Positions 37,808 to 47,614 of a stretch of DNA of 64,000 nt are shown here, one piece after another. The translations under genes and the position numbers were made by a program. This DNA is from a virus: IMG/VR virus record IMGVR_UViG_3300022074_000015, positions 22,371-86,370 of that record. The stretch is one strand, 5' to 3'. The notes beneath the pieces were generated by a model. That model ran no database searches. It was not told the origin of the DNA and saw nothing but the letters and a program-made list of their open reading frames with translations. Position 1 is the stretch's first letter; each line of letters opens with the position of its first letter.

Positions 37808-38400
37808 TCGTGACACCCTTTGAAACTTATCAACATTATTTGTCACTAAAAAATCATTTCACTAATCCCAAATACGACTTCTTTAAATACGGAGCAAAGA
37901 CCCGTGCTAGTTTGACCTCTTTTAACAAGAGGAAAGACAAGTATTGGTTTGAAAAGACTTCTCGTAAGTATTCCGATGAAGAGGTCGTTGATTTTTTGGT
38001 GTCTAATTTTTCTGCTGCCGAAAATCCACAAAGTTTATGGATAGGAGAAATCATCAACTCTGGTGAAAGAACTTACGCGGAGTGGATGAAACGTAGGCAG
38101 AGTTCAACATATCTTTTTAAAGAACAAAGTAATGATCTACTTTCAGAGAATGAATTACAAGATTTACTTGAGTGTTCTAGGGGGCATCCTAAAATTTTGA
38201 AAGCATATCTAGGTGGTAAAATTTCACTAGAAAACTTTGTGATTTGGGATAAGATCTTCAATTTTTCCAAAGACTTTGATAAAAAGTTGAGTGATCCCGT
38301 ATGGGAAACCGTAAGTCTGAAATTAAAAAAATATGGACCCTTCATAAATATTGATGTGTTCAAATACAAAAAAATTCTAAGGGAATTAGTGCATGAGTGA
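37804..38400 (+). CDS. gp59: Helicase loader gp59
   Basis: YLSLKNHFT..KYDFFKY...FNKRKDKYWFEK; T4 gene order 33-59-32. Confidence 0.85.
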   Translation: MIVTPFETYQHYLSLKNHFTNPKYDFFKYGAKTRASLTSFNKRKDKYWFEKTSRKYSDEEVVDFLVSNFSAAENPQSLWIGEIINSGERTYAEWMKRRQSSTYLFKEQSNDLLSENELQDLLECSRGHPKILKAYLGGKISLENFVIWDKIFNFSKDFDKKLSDPVWETVSLKLKKYGPFINIDVFKYKKILRELVHE

Positions 38401-38725
38401 CTTTTTTGATTCTGATATCATTCAGGAAGAACTGAATGAGATTAATAAACTCCAAGAGAAAATCTACGGTTCTCTCTTTGGATTTGGCATGATGGACAAG
38501 GAAGAGAAACTTGAGCACATTGAAATTCTTCAGGACTTGCTAGAAAAGCAGAAAGTGATGTATACTAGACTATCTCTTTCAGATGATCCTAAAGCGATTG
38601 AGATGAAAGAGAATTTGAGAAAATCAGTAGCAATGATGGGATTCCCACCTGAGACTGATATGACTATGCTTTTTAGAAGTATGAACGCAACTATTGAGGC
38701 ACTCAAAAAATACGTTGACGCCTGA
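38393..38725 (+). CDS. Conserved cyanophage/cyanobacterial protein (DUF1825-like)
   Basis: FFDSDIIQEE...LEKQKVMYTRLSLSDDP. Confidence 0.65.
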   Translation: MSDFFDSDIIQEELNEINKLQEKIYGSLFGFGMMDKEEKLEHIEILQDLLEKQKVMYTRLSLSDDPKAIEMKENLRKSVAMMGFPPETDMTMLFRSMNATIEALKKYVDA

Positions 38726-38743
38726 TAGTTTTCTTGCTATACT
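38715..38743 (+). promoter_or_regulatory. Sigma70-type promoter for gp32
   Basis: TTGACG, 17 bp spacer, TATACT with extended TG. Confidence 0.8.
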
Positions 38744-38784
38744 ATCTAAGTAAATCCAAACATCCAATTTATCCGAGGTATCTA

Positions 38785-39714
38785 ATGTCTTTCGCAGACC
38801 TTAAAAAGCAATCCAAACTTGGTTCCCTGACCCAAAAACTGGTCAAGGAAGTCGAAAAAATGAATAACAATGGCGGTGGTTCTTCTGATGACCGTCTCTG
38901 GAAACTAGAGTGTGATAAGAGCGGCAATGGTTATGCCGTTATCCGTTTCCTGCCCGCACCCGATGGTGAAGATCTGCCTTTCGTGAAACTGTACTCTCAC
39001 GCCTTCCAAGGTCCTGGTGGTTGGTACATTGAAAACTCTCTGACCACTTTGGGTCAGAAAGATCCTGTATCTGAGTGTAACTCTCTGCTGTGGAACAATG
39101 GCACTGATGCAGGTAAAGATGCTGCTCGTAAGCAGAAGCGTAAACTGACTTATATCAGCAACATCTATGTTGTGAAAGACCCTGCTAACCCTCAGAATGA
39201 AGGCAGAGTCATGCTGTATAAGTATGGCAAGAAAATCTTCGACAAACTCACCGCTGCTATGCAACCTGAGTTTGAGGATGAAGAGGCAATTGATCCGTTC
39301 GACTTCTGGCAAGGTGCCAACTTTAAACTGAAAGCAAAGAACGTTGCAGGTTATCGTAACTACGATTCTTCTGAGTTCGCCGCTCAAGGCGCACTCTTGG
39401 ACGACGATGACGCAATGGAAGCAATTTGGAAGAAGCAATTCTCTCTTCAAGAGTTTGTTGCTGCCGATCAGTTCAAAGATTATGATACTCTGAAGAAGCG
39501 TCTTGATTATGTTCTTGGTAACAAGGGCACTCCTCGCTTCCAAGATGAAGAGTCAGTGAATGAAGAAGAAGAGTTCCGACGTGAAAACCGTGGTGCTACT
39601 CCTACGGTAACTTCCACTCCTGGTGACTTCAACGCAGAGGATATCGTGACCTCCAGTTCTTCATCTGATGATGATGACGCACTTTCATACTTCGCCAAAC
39701 TTGCTGAAGATTGA
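38785..39714 (+). CDS. gp32: Single-stranded DNA-binding protein gp32
   Basis: MSFADLKK, GNGYAVIRFLP, WYIENSLTTLG, GANFKLK, acidic tail DDDDALSYFAKLAED. Confidence 0.95.
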   Translation: MSFADLKKQSKLGSLTQKLVKEVEKMNNNGGGSSDDRLWKLECDKSGNGYAVIRFLPAPDGEDLPFVKLYSHAFQGPGGWYIENSLTTLGQKDPVSECNSLLWNNGTDAGKDAARKQKRKLTYISNIYVVKDPANPQNEGRVMLYKYGKKIFDKLTAAMQPEFEDEEAIDPFDFWQGANFKLKAKNVAGYRNYDSSEFAAQGALLDDDDAMEAIWKKQFSLQEFVAADQFKDYDTLKKRLDYVLGNKGTPRFQDEESVNEEEEFRRENRGATPTVTSTPGDFNAEDIVTSSSSSDDDDALSYFAKLAED

Positions 39715-39732
39715 TAGTGAAATATAATCAAA

Positions 39733-39763
39733 TATGCCTTACACTTTTAGTGATTGCGGCATA
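39733..39763. terminator. Possible terminator hairpin between the convergent gp32 and gp53 genes
   Basis: TATGCC...CACT-ttt-AGTG...GGCATA imperfect inverted repeat. Confidence 0.4.
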
Positions 39764-39777
39764 CTTTAATTTGTTAT

Positions 39778-40488
39778 TTAAGTGATGAGTCTTGTGTTCT
39801 CTGTAGTCATTAGTTTCTTATTGATTGTCAGAGAACTCTCATCATAGTTCATCAAGGTTCTCATATCATTTAAAAACTGCTGAAGGTAAGAAGGTTTCAT
39901 CAGATCGATGTTCCTTTTACCTTCATTTTTTATGGTTTCATACTCAAAGTTTGATATACCTACAACAGGACTAATATTATTGCTGACTGAGGTGTATTTT
40001 ATATTATCTGTTTGTGGTCTTACACCAACGTAGTATGTTGAATTTAAAGTAGCATCATACGGTGGCGGAATGCTAAAGTCTGCTTGAACCTTTTGTCCAG
40101 CAGGCACAATAAGTCTTCCTCTACGGTCTCTTACTTCAAACGTTTCATAATGATGAACAGAATTTAATTCAGTTCCGTACTTATCTTCAGAGTAGCGATA
40201 TAAATCATAATTACTCAGTGGCCATTCATCTTTGATATTTGTTATTCCTGATGATAGAACAACTATCCAATCACGATCGGGTGATCCATAAAGTTTATCT
40301 GCTATCACATCTGGTCTCTCACCATCTTGAATTGTGTACTTTGAGAAAAAGGCAACACTGTCCAATACATCATCTTTCAATTTTACTCTACGAAAGAGAT
40401 TCTTGATTCTTATATACTCCTGTGATGAAGTCTTATGTAATAAGTTTGACTGATATAGAATATCAGGTAGTTCTCTAAAATATGACAT
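39778..40488 (-). CDS. gp53: Baseplate wedge protein gp53
   Basis: MSYFRELP, IQDGERPDVIA..LYG...WIVVL, HHYET, NEGKRNI. Confidence 0.85.
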   Translation of the reverse strand: MSYFRELPDILYQSNLLHKTSSQEYIRIKNLFRRVKLKDDVLDSVAFFSKYTIQDGERPDVIADKLYGSPDRDWIVVLSSGITNIKDEWPLSNYDLYRYSEDKYGTELNSVHHYETFEVRDRRGRLIVPAGQKVQADFSIPPPYDATLNSTYYVGVRPQTDNIKYTSVSNNISPVVGISNFEYETIKNEGKRNIDLMKPSYLQQFLNDMRTLMNYDESSLTINKKLMTTENTRLIT

Positions 40489-41549
40489 CAGAAACCTACT
40501 CCATCTGGATGGTCTGCGTAATCTTCCATATAAATTGGATTGATTTCTTTTAGTATTAAAGACATTCTTATGTGAACAGGAGTTCCATCCTGATAGGTAG
40601 CATAAGTTCCGGATGCGGTGTAGTCGATGCTTACATTTTCAAGAACACCAAGTTTGAAATTATGAAGAAATGGATGTTTGTTTTCCCCACCAGAAACGTA
40701 TTCAAATTGGAATACATCTGGTGAATTGATGAAGACACCATTACCTTTTTTGGCAACAGTTGCCATTTTAATAGTTCTGATTATTCTCCTAACCATGTCT
40801 CCTTCTTTAGGATCTCTAGGAGTAAAATCAAAAACAAATGGAAAAGATCTTAATGTTACGCTGTTGAAGAGCAACTCCAGATTAGATTGAAGAATTTGAC
40901 CAGAGGAACGAGTAATAAGTGATTGTGGATTTACGTTAGCACCAAGTTGATTGATAGCGGTAGCACTTAAAATTGACTTAATAGCATTCATTGTGCCAGA
41001 ACCAACTCGATCTGCTGATCTAAAGATAGAACTTGCTATTTCTGTAGTATTCTTCAATGCTTTCGCTGGATCTTTAATAGCAGCATCTGCTAATGCTAAT
41101 CCTGCCGCTTGTAATGGATTTAAAGTGTCTTCCGAATATCCTACAGTTAATGAATCTGAGATCTGTTGTGGTATTGGAAGCCAAATATATTTGGAATCTT
41201 TTTTCAGTGAATTAGCTTCTGGATCTGATAGTTTTTTATGAAATCGTTCATCTTTCTCCAGCACAGGATCTATACTTGTAACCCCGATTTTATTTCCTTT
41301 TGAATCTGTTTGAAATTTTACTATACCTTTATCGCCGGTCAAATTTAATGGATTTTCTATTTGCTTGAAAATTCTTATAAGCAGCATATCTTGATGGTCA
41401 ACCTCAACATCTAAGGGATATTGAAGGACATCAGCAGGTTTTACCTGTGTTGGATCTGGCGATACATTCAAACCATCCTTGAGGACTGATACATAATCTC
41501 TACCCAGGTCTAAAGTGTCACCAAGATCTGTATTATAATTGATAGCCAT
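40488..41549 (-). CDS. gp48: Baseplate tail-tube cap gp48
   Basis: LPIPQQISD, NLELLFNSVTLRSFPF.FDFTPR, P.HIRMSL..KEI. Confidence 0.8.
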   Translation of the reverse strand: MAINYNTDLGDTLDLGRDYVSVLKDGLNVSPDPTQVKPADVLQYPLDVEVDHQDMLLIRIFKQIENPLNLTGDKGIVKFQTDSKGNKIGVTSIDPVLEKDERFHKKLSDPEANSLKKDSKYIWLPIPQQISDSLTVGYSEDTLNPLQAAGLALADAAIKDPAKALKNTTEIASSIFRSADRVGSGTMNAIKSILSATAINQLGANVNPQSLITRSSGQILQSNLELLFNSVTLRSFPFVFDFTPRDPKEGDMVRRIIRTIKMATVAKKGNGVFINSPDVFQFEYVSGGENKHPFLHNFKLGVLENVSIDYTASGTYATYQDGTPVHIRMSLILKEINPIYMEDYADHPDGVGF

Positions 41550-41563
41550 CTATAGATAGATTT

Positions 41564-41947
41564 TTAATTATTTAGACGCTTATTCATAAGTGATAACCTA
41601 AGTATATCTCTTACCTCAGATTTGTATATTTCATAAACATCACTTCCCACCTCACTCCATGTATATTGACGTGGTTCACGCCAATGAGCACTTAATCCTC
41701 TGAATCCCCACTGAAATACATCAGTGACAGCAATGAATGGATTTGAATCGTAAAGAATATTTGGTGTTTTTGCGTTGTATATAAACAAATATATTTTTCC
41801 AGGAATTACTTCTCTAGCAGAAGATGGTGTCAAAAGTTCAAGAACTCCCAGCATCCTATCATCAGGATCAGCAAGTCCTGTCATTTCATCAACAGCAGAA
41901 CGGATTCTATTAACGTTAGTATCTGTATCTGTTGGTCTCTTTGCCAT
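41564..41947 (-). CDS. gp2-like DNA end protector (short form)
   Basis: PGKIYLFIYNAKT..YD.NP...GFRGL..HW; located next to gp4. Confidence 0.55.
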   Translation of the reverse strand: MAKRPTDTDTNVNRIRSAVDEMTGLADPDDRMLGVLELLTPSSAREVIPGKIYLFIYNAKTPNILYDSNPFIAVTDVFQWGFRGLSAHWREPRQYTWSEVGSDVYEIYKSEVRDILRLSLMNKRLNN

Positions 41948-42384
41948 TATTTGATACCTAATTCTTTCTCCGTCATTACTTTAAATTCCCATCTTCTATC
42001 TCTACAAAATTCTTGCGCTGCTTTCCACTTTGCTTGATTTTTGGCATATTCATATGCCTCACTAAGATATTTTTTAGTTTGCCTCTTTGGTTTAGATGGT
42101 GGAGAACACTGTCTCAGTGGTTTAATTTCTATCAGTGATGATCTGATTTTACCATCTGTATCTTTATACTTGATAAAGAAATCTGGAAAGTATCGATGTA
42201 TTTTATTATCAACAGGAGACCTATATGGAATAAAAAATTCCTCAGATTGCCACTCTAAAACACTTAAGTTATTATCACAGTAAACCATAAACTTACGCTC
42301 CCATAGGGATCTATAAACAATATTAGTAGGATCTCCTTTATATTTTTTGGGATATGATGGTTTGTATTTTCCCCTATATGACAT
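41947..42384 (-). CDS. gp4: Head completion nuclease gp4
   Basis: KYKGDPTNIVYRSLWE, HRYFPDF, IEIKP, NQAKWKAA. Confidence 0.9.
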   Translation of the reverse strand: MSYRGKYKPSYPKKYKGDPTNIVYRSLWERKFMVYCDNNLSVLEWQSEEFFIPYRSPVDNKIHRYFPDFFIKYKDTDGKIRSSLIEIKPLRQCSPPSKPKRQTKKYLSEAYEYAKNQAKWKAAQEFCRDRRWEFKVMTEKELGIK

Positions 42385-42419
42385 CTAAATAACTAAACAA
42401 TCACCTATTGGTATTTAGA

Positions 42420-43298
42420 GTGCCTAGACCATTCCCAAAGAAAATATCGCAAATATCACCAGTTTTATCTCAAGTTGCTCAGAGTTCACACTTTGTATTT
42501 GAATTTGGCGGTCTCGCTGCAAACTTAAGAAAGCACTTGAGTGATAGGGGAATGGACTATAGATTTATTAATGATAATCTATCACTATTATGTTGTAGAG
42601 CATCCTTACCTGGAAGTGGATTTGCTACTGCAGATGTCATTGGTAACTATCAAGGGGTGGCAGAAAAATTTGCTCATACAAGAACCTTTGTTCAAATTGA
42701 TTTGGATTTTTATGTTGATACCGCATATAGATCTCTTAAGTTCCTAGAACACTGGATGGAGTTTATTAGTAGTGGCACAGAAACTTCTGCTGGTGGTGTA
42801 TCTCCGCTTCGTAAAGGGTATTACTATAAAATGAGATATCCAAGTGAATATAAGTGTGATGAAACGAGGATTATAAAATTTGAGAGAGATTACAAAAGAT
42901 ACATTGAATATAGATTTTTTGGTCTTTTTCCAATATCATTAAATTCTACTCCAGTATCATATGAAGGATCAACAATATTAAAAGCAACAGCATCCTTTCA
43001 TTACGATAGATATTACTCTGGTCAATCACGATCAATAAACGAATTGTTTAGAACTGAAGGAAATAAGGAGGAAAGAGCAGAATCAAATTTTGCTCCTTCT
43101 CTATTATCTGGATTAACTCCAGGTGCTGTTTTTAGTACTGGTAATCCTTTTGGAACACTACTTAATCCTTCAGCAGCATCAAAAGCATTTAATAATGATT
43201 TGTTTGATGCGGGAACAACAATTTTATCATCATCTCAAATATACAATTCTAACTTTGTAAGTAGTAGTGGTGATGGTTTAGCTAACAGCACTAAATAA
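42420..43298 (+). CDS. Tail tube / baseplate-tube initiator-like protein (gp54/gp19 family)
   Basis: LCCRASLPG, FAHTRTF, LEHWME, FPISLNSTPVSY; GTG start inferred. Confidence 0.7.
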   Translation: MPRPFPKKISQISPVLSQVAQSSHFVFEFGGLAANLRKHLSDRGMDYRFINDNLSLLCCRASLPGSGFATADVIGNYQGVAEKFAHTRTFVQIDLDFYVDTAYRSLKFLEHWMEFISSGTETSAGGVSPLRKGYYYKMRYPSEYKCDETRIIKFERDYKRYIEYRFFGLFPISLNSTPVSYEGSTILKATASFHYDRYYSGQSRSINELFRTEGNKEERAESNFAPSLLSGLTPGAVFSTGNPFGTLLNPSAASKAFNNDLFDAGTTILSSSQIYNSNFVSSSGDGLANSTK

Positions 43299-43322
43299 TT
43301 TTACTGAATTGTTTAGGATATT

Positions 43323-44039
43323 ATGCCTTTACCAAAAATTGCCACACCAACTTATGAGTTGGTGATACCTTCGACTAAAAAAAAGATAAAGTATAGACCA
43401 TTTTTAGTCAAGGAAGAGAAAGTTCTGATTCTTGCTATGGAGAGTGAGGATACAAAGCAGATTGCCAGTGCTGTAAAAGATGTAATCAAAAACTGCATCA
43501 TCACTAGAGGAGTTAAAGTAGAAGAATTATCCACATTCGATATTGAATATCTATTCTTAAATATTCGTGGTAAATCTGTCGGGGAAGAAGTAGAAGTTCT
43601 AATTACATGTCCAGATGATGGCACTACAAAAGTTCCAACAGTAATCGATTTAGATTCAATACAAGTTCAATATGATGAAGAACATTCCAGAGATATAAAA
43701 CTAGATGATAGTTTGACTCTAAGAATGAGATATCCCTCTATGAATGAATTTATTCAAAACAACTTCGTAGTTAGTGATGTCAATCTTGATAATACTTTTG
43801 ATATTATTACGTCATGTGTTGAACAGATTTATAGTGAAGAAGAATCTTGGTCTTCAGCAGACTGTACTGAGAAAGAACTTAAAGAATTTATTGAGCAATT
43901 AAATTCTAAACAATTTAAAGAAGTTGAAACTTTCTTCTCTACTATGCCCAAACTTTCTCATAAGTTAATTGTAACAAATCCAAATACTGGTGTTGATAAT
44001 GAGATTATTTTGGAGGGGTTAGCAAGTTTTTTCGGGTAG
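43323..44039 (+). CDS. gp26: Baseplate hub assembly protein gp26
   Basis: MPLPKIATPTYEL, YRPFLVKEEK, FDIEYLFLNIRGKSVGE, LEGLASFF. Confidence 0.85.
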   Translation: MPLPKIATPTYELVIPSTKKKIKYRPFLVKEEKVLILAMESEDTKQIASAVKDVIKNCIITRGVKVEELSTFDIEYLFLNIRGKSVGEEVEVLITCPDDGTTKVPTVIDLDSIQVQYDEEHSRDIKLDDSLTLRMRYPSMNEFIQNNFVVSDVNLDNTFDIITSCVEQIYSEEESWSSADCTEKELKEFIEQLNSKQFKEVETFFSTMPKLSHKLIVTNPNTGVDNEIILEGLASFFG

Positions 44040-44041
44040 GT

Positions 44042-44218
44042 ATGGCTCATACAGATCTTGAGTCATACTTTAGAATTAACTTTGCTTTGATGCAACACCA
44101 TAAATACAGTTTGACAGAACTAGAAAATATGATACCTTGGGAGAAAGAAATATATCTTGCTTTCCTCCAACAATACATTGAAGAAGAAAACTTAAAGGCA
44201 CAACAGCAGAATGGTTGA
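44042..44218 (+). CDS. gp51: Baseplate hub assembly catalyst gp51 (58 aa)
   Basis: Manually translated: MAHTDLESYFRINFALMQHHKYSLTELENMIPWEKEIYL...; not in the ORF track. Confidence 0.8.
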   Translation: MAHTDLESYFRINFALMQHHKYSLTELENMIPWEKEIYLAFLQQYIEEENLKAQQQNG

Positions 44219-45731
44219 GATTTCTCCAATATTTGGTAGAGGACCTAGGATTTCTGCCTCCGCTTACACGGGCAGAGCAGTCGCTCCTATGGCGGTAGAT
44301 GCTGCTGAGACGAACACGTTAATAACAAAGAATTCATTACAACTTGGTATTGTAGCAAATCAAATTCAAGGTATGACTGTTCAAATGCAGTCATTAGCAG
44401 GATCTCTTTCAGTTATTGCTAGAAATTTTCAAGTATCACAAACACTTCAGAGACAGAAAGAACAACAAGAGATTGATTTAGAAAGAAGATTATCTGAGCA
44501 GAAATTAAGAGAAGGAAAAGAAAGCACGATTGAAAAGAAGATACAAGCAGCAGCACTAGCACCCGCACAAAGACTTGCTACAAAGGCACAATTCACTTTG
44601 GGGAGACTTCAGAATTTCTTTGTCTCCATTTTTGGTGGATGGTTATTAAATCAAGGTATTCAAACTTTACAAGCTTTGAGTGGCAATAATAAAGAAAAAC
44701 TTGAAGAAATTAAAAATAATGTGTTGAAAAATCTTGTTATTATAGGTGGAACTATGGCAGCAATTAAGTTAGGAGTTGCTGCCATACTTGGAACATTCTC
44801 ATTGCTTGGTGTTAAATTATTAGCAATAGCGGCAGTTGGTTTATTTACAAGACCTGGTAGACAATTATTGGCGTTTGTATCTGATGCTCTGAAGATTGCT
44901 GCTAATGGTATCGCTTCATTTATTGGTAGAGAACCACCATTTCCGGATGCTGGAAAATTAAAAAGTGATGATGATCCAACTTCAGCACCAAATACAAATG
45001 ATAATTCGGAACCCTCTAATGAATTAAATACTGACCCTGCATCTAATTCAAATCCAGAAATGGACGGAAAAAGCACCAATCAATGGTGGGACTTTATGGA
45101 TTTATTTTTAGATCCTGGTGAAGAAAATCCTCCTGAAACATCATCAACTACAGAAAACGGAGATCAATCAGGGAATTTAGAAGGAAAGGGTGGATCTTCA
45201 TCCTCAATCGAATCCCTTCAAAATTCTGCCAATCTTTCAGCTAATATCGCTACTAATATTATGAGTAGTATGGTTCCAAAGGATGATAAATCTGAAGGAC
45301 CAGAACCACCAGGTCCAACCAAAGAAGCAGAATCTGGTTTAGTAAAAATGACCGCTGATTTTGGCAGTGGGGAAGTTGATTTGAATAAACCAGTAGGTTC
45401 TGAAGGAAAAATTGGTAAGAAAGTTCTCGATCCTGAAACAACAGAATTTATTGAGCAAGAAAAGTATATTGGCAAATACGGAAAACTTCCACCATCTATG
45501 CTACAGTCTAATGCAAAAAGTCAAGAAGTAGCAAAGAGAGTTTCCCAACCACCACAAGAACCTGGAGTAACTGTAGTTCCATTAGCAACGGGCAGTGGGG
45601 AATCAAAACAAAGTGCCGCAACTCCTGCTGCTACTGGTTCTATTGCTTCTGTTAAAATGTATCCAACTAATAATAGTGATAATATGTACACCCTGGGTGC
45701 TATGTCTAACTTTAATGTGGTATCAGTCTGA
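44211..45731 (+). CDS. Baseplate hub / tape-measure-like protein
   Basis: Coiled-coil N-terminus, hydrophobic segments, low-complexity C-terminal half; follows gp26/gp51. Confidence 0.55.
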   Translation: MVEISPIFGRGPRISASAYTGRAVAPMAVDAAETNTLITKNSLQLGIVANQIQGMTVQMQSLAGSLSVIARNFQVSQTLQRQKEQQEIDLERRLSEQKLREGKESTIEKKIQAAALAPAQRLATKAQFTLGRLQNFFVSIFGGWLLNQGIQTLQALSGNNKEKLEEIKNNVLKNLVIIGGTMAAIKLGVAAILGTFSLLGVKLLAIAAVGLFTRPGRQLLAFVSDALKIAANGIASFIGREPPFPDAGKLKSDDDPTSAPNTNDNSEPSNELNTDPASNSNPEMDGKSTNQWWDFMDLFLDPGEENPPETSSTTENGDQSGNLEGKGGSSSSIESLQNSANLSANIATNIMSSMVPKDDKSEGPEPPGPTKEAESGLVKMTADFGSGEVDLNKPVGSEGKIGKKVLDPETTEFIEQEKYIGKYGKLPPSMLQSNAKSQEVAKRVSQPPQEPGVTVVPLATGSGESKQSAATPAATGSIASVKMYPTNNSDNMYTLGAMSNFNVVSV

Positions 45732-47614
45732 TGGCAATAAAAAAATCTCTTCTTGGTAATAGTAACACTATTGAAACCATTCAAAATTCTATTAATGCTT
45801 TTGGCGTGAGTTTACGTGCTGCCAATGCCACTTCCTCTCAAATAATTCGTGGATTCACCGAAGGCAATAGACAGAGAAGAAACTCAATAATAAAAAGAAG
45901 AGAATTATTCTCAAAAAGAAGAGAAGCAGTTAGAAGAAGGGAAAAAGAAGATCAAATAGAAGCATCTAGAGTAGGTGGTATTTTTAGAAGAACCGCTAAA
46001 GTTATAGGCAGCAGCACAAAAGGGTTCCTTGGTAGGATCATGGATTTTATCGGGACAATTTTGGTTGGATGGATTGTTACTAATCTACCAGTTATAATCG
46101 ATACAGTCCAAGATCTTATTGGTAGAATACAAAAAGCTGCTGGAATATTAAAGAATTGGTTTGAAGGAACAATAAACTTTTTTACAGGATTTACATCTAA
46201 TCTTGGTGATATAGCAACAAGAGCATTTAGTTTTGATTTCTTAGGTCAAAAGAAACAAATTGAAGAAGCATCTGATAAAGCAAAATCTGGTGCTCAAGCA
46301 GTTACTAGAGACTTTTTAGGATTTGAACAAGCACTGAGGAATTTTGATTTATTCAAGATTCTTGGTGATACTGCTAAAAAAATATTGGGATTTGAGGTTG
46401 AAGATCCTGAGACTCCTAGCTCTGGACAACAGGGACAAGGACAAGGACAACAGGGGCAAGGACAGCAAGGATCAGACCCGATTCCTTCAGGTGGTAAAGC
46501 AAGTCCTGAACAAATAGCAAGAATTGCTAAAACGGCAGGTATTCCAGAAAAGAACATTCCAACAATGGTTTCAATTGCGTTGGCAGAGTCTGGTGGTAAT
46601 ATTGGTGCAAGATACAATCCTGATGGAAATACTGGAGAGGATTCTTATGGATTATGGCAAATCAACATGGATCCTAGATATGCTGATGAGAGATTAAAAT
46701 TATTTGGTATAGATAGCAAGAAAGAATTATTTAATCCCGTCACAAATGCTAAGGCTGCTTATGAAATATTTAAACAACAGGGGTTTGATGCTTGGACTGT
46801 TTATCGCACTGGTAAGTATCGAGACTTTTTGCCTGCTGCCAAAAAAGCAGCAAGTGCTAGCACTCAACCAACCATTTCCAGAGATGTTGAAGATAGCACT
46901 AGATACAAAGTAAATGATGATGTTACTCAATTACTTGGTGGTCAATCTCAAGCAATAATTACCTCAACGAAAGGTATGCAGGAAAGTTTTAGAACAAAAC
47001 CACATGGAGGTATTGATATTGCTTGTGCTGCAGGATTGTTTATTTCACTCACCGCCGATGCTGAAGCAGTTGGAACTAAGAGCGGTGGGGGATATGGTAA
47101 TGTTATAGATGTTTGGGTTCCATCCCTTGGTGTTCAACTGAGATTTGCACATAATAGTAGAATACTTATATCATCAGGTAAAATTCCAGCAGGAACTTCA
47201 TTTGCAATCACTGGTTCTACGGGTCGTTCCACTGGACCACATATCCATTTGGAGGCATCTTCTGAAAGAGGTTCGACAAATTATGGTGGCAATATGGTTC
47301 CGGCACCTTATGTTTCTCTGATACGTCTAACAAAGGCAAAGATTGAAGGTAAAAAATCTACCACACCAGAAATGTCTAATGGAAGCGGTGGACAATCATT
47401 AAACATTGAAGGTGGTGCGAGTAGAAGAGAGGTTGCTCAGGAAGTTACACCAGAAAAGAAAGGATCTATTATCACTGTTCCAATTCCATCAGGATCCTCT
47501 CCTTCCGCACCAATGACTCAATCCAGTAGTGGAGAATCTATTTCCATTCCTAGCGGAAATACGTTAAATAGTTTTATTACAAAGACACTTCTTAGAGAGT
47601 TAGAATACGTATAA
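45731..47614 (+). CDS. Tape-measure/hub-like protein with lysozyme-like (transglycosylase) and M23 peptidase domains
   Basis: ALAESGGN...SYGLWQIN...NAKAA...AWTVY; HGGIDI...GYGN...FAH...TGRSTGPHIHLE. Confidence 0.8.
   Translation: MAIKKSLLGNSNTIETIQNSINAFGVSLRAANATSSQIIRGFTEGNRQRRNSIIKRRELFSKRREAVRRREKEDQIEASRVGGIFRRTAKVIGSSTKGFLGRIMDFIGTILVGWIVTNLPVIIDTVQDLIGRIQKAAGILKNWFEGTINFFTGFTSNLGDIATRAFSFDFLGQKKQIEEASDKAKSGAQAVTRDFLGFEQALRNFDLFKILGDTAKKILGFEVEDPETPSSGQQGQGQGQQGQGQQGSDPIPSGGKASPEQIARIAKTAGIPEKNIPTMVSIALAESGGNIGARYNPDGNTGEDSYGLWQINMDPRYADERLKLFGIDSKKELFNPVTNAKAAYEIFKQQGFDAWTVYRTGKYRDFLPAAKKAASASTQPTISRDVEDSTRYKVNDDVTQLLGGQSQAIITSTKGMQESFRTKPHGGIDIACAAGLFISLTADAEAVGTKSGGGYGNVIDVWVPSLGVQLRFAHNSRILISSGKIPAGTSFAITGSTGRSTGPHIHLEASSERGSTNYGGNMVPAPYVSLIRLTKAKIEGKKSTTPEMSNGSGGQSLNIEGGASRREVAQEVTPEKKGSIITVPIPSGSSPSAPMTQSSSGESISIPSGNTLNSFITKTLLRELEYV

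Noticed and set aside
38905-39543. 212-aa antisense ORF inside gp32, and the many other short antisense or alternate-frame ORFs in the track
   Set aside because: Shadow ORFs produced by codon bias of the real genes; no RBS or recognisable motifs.
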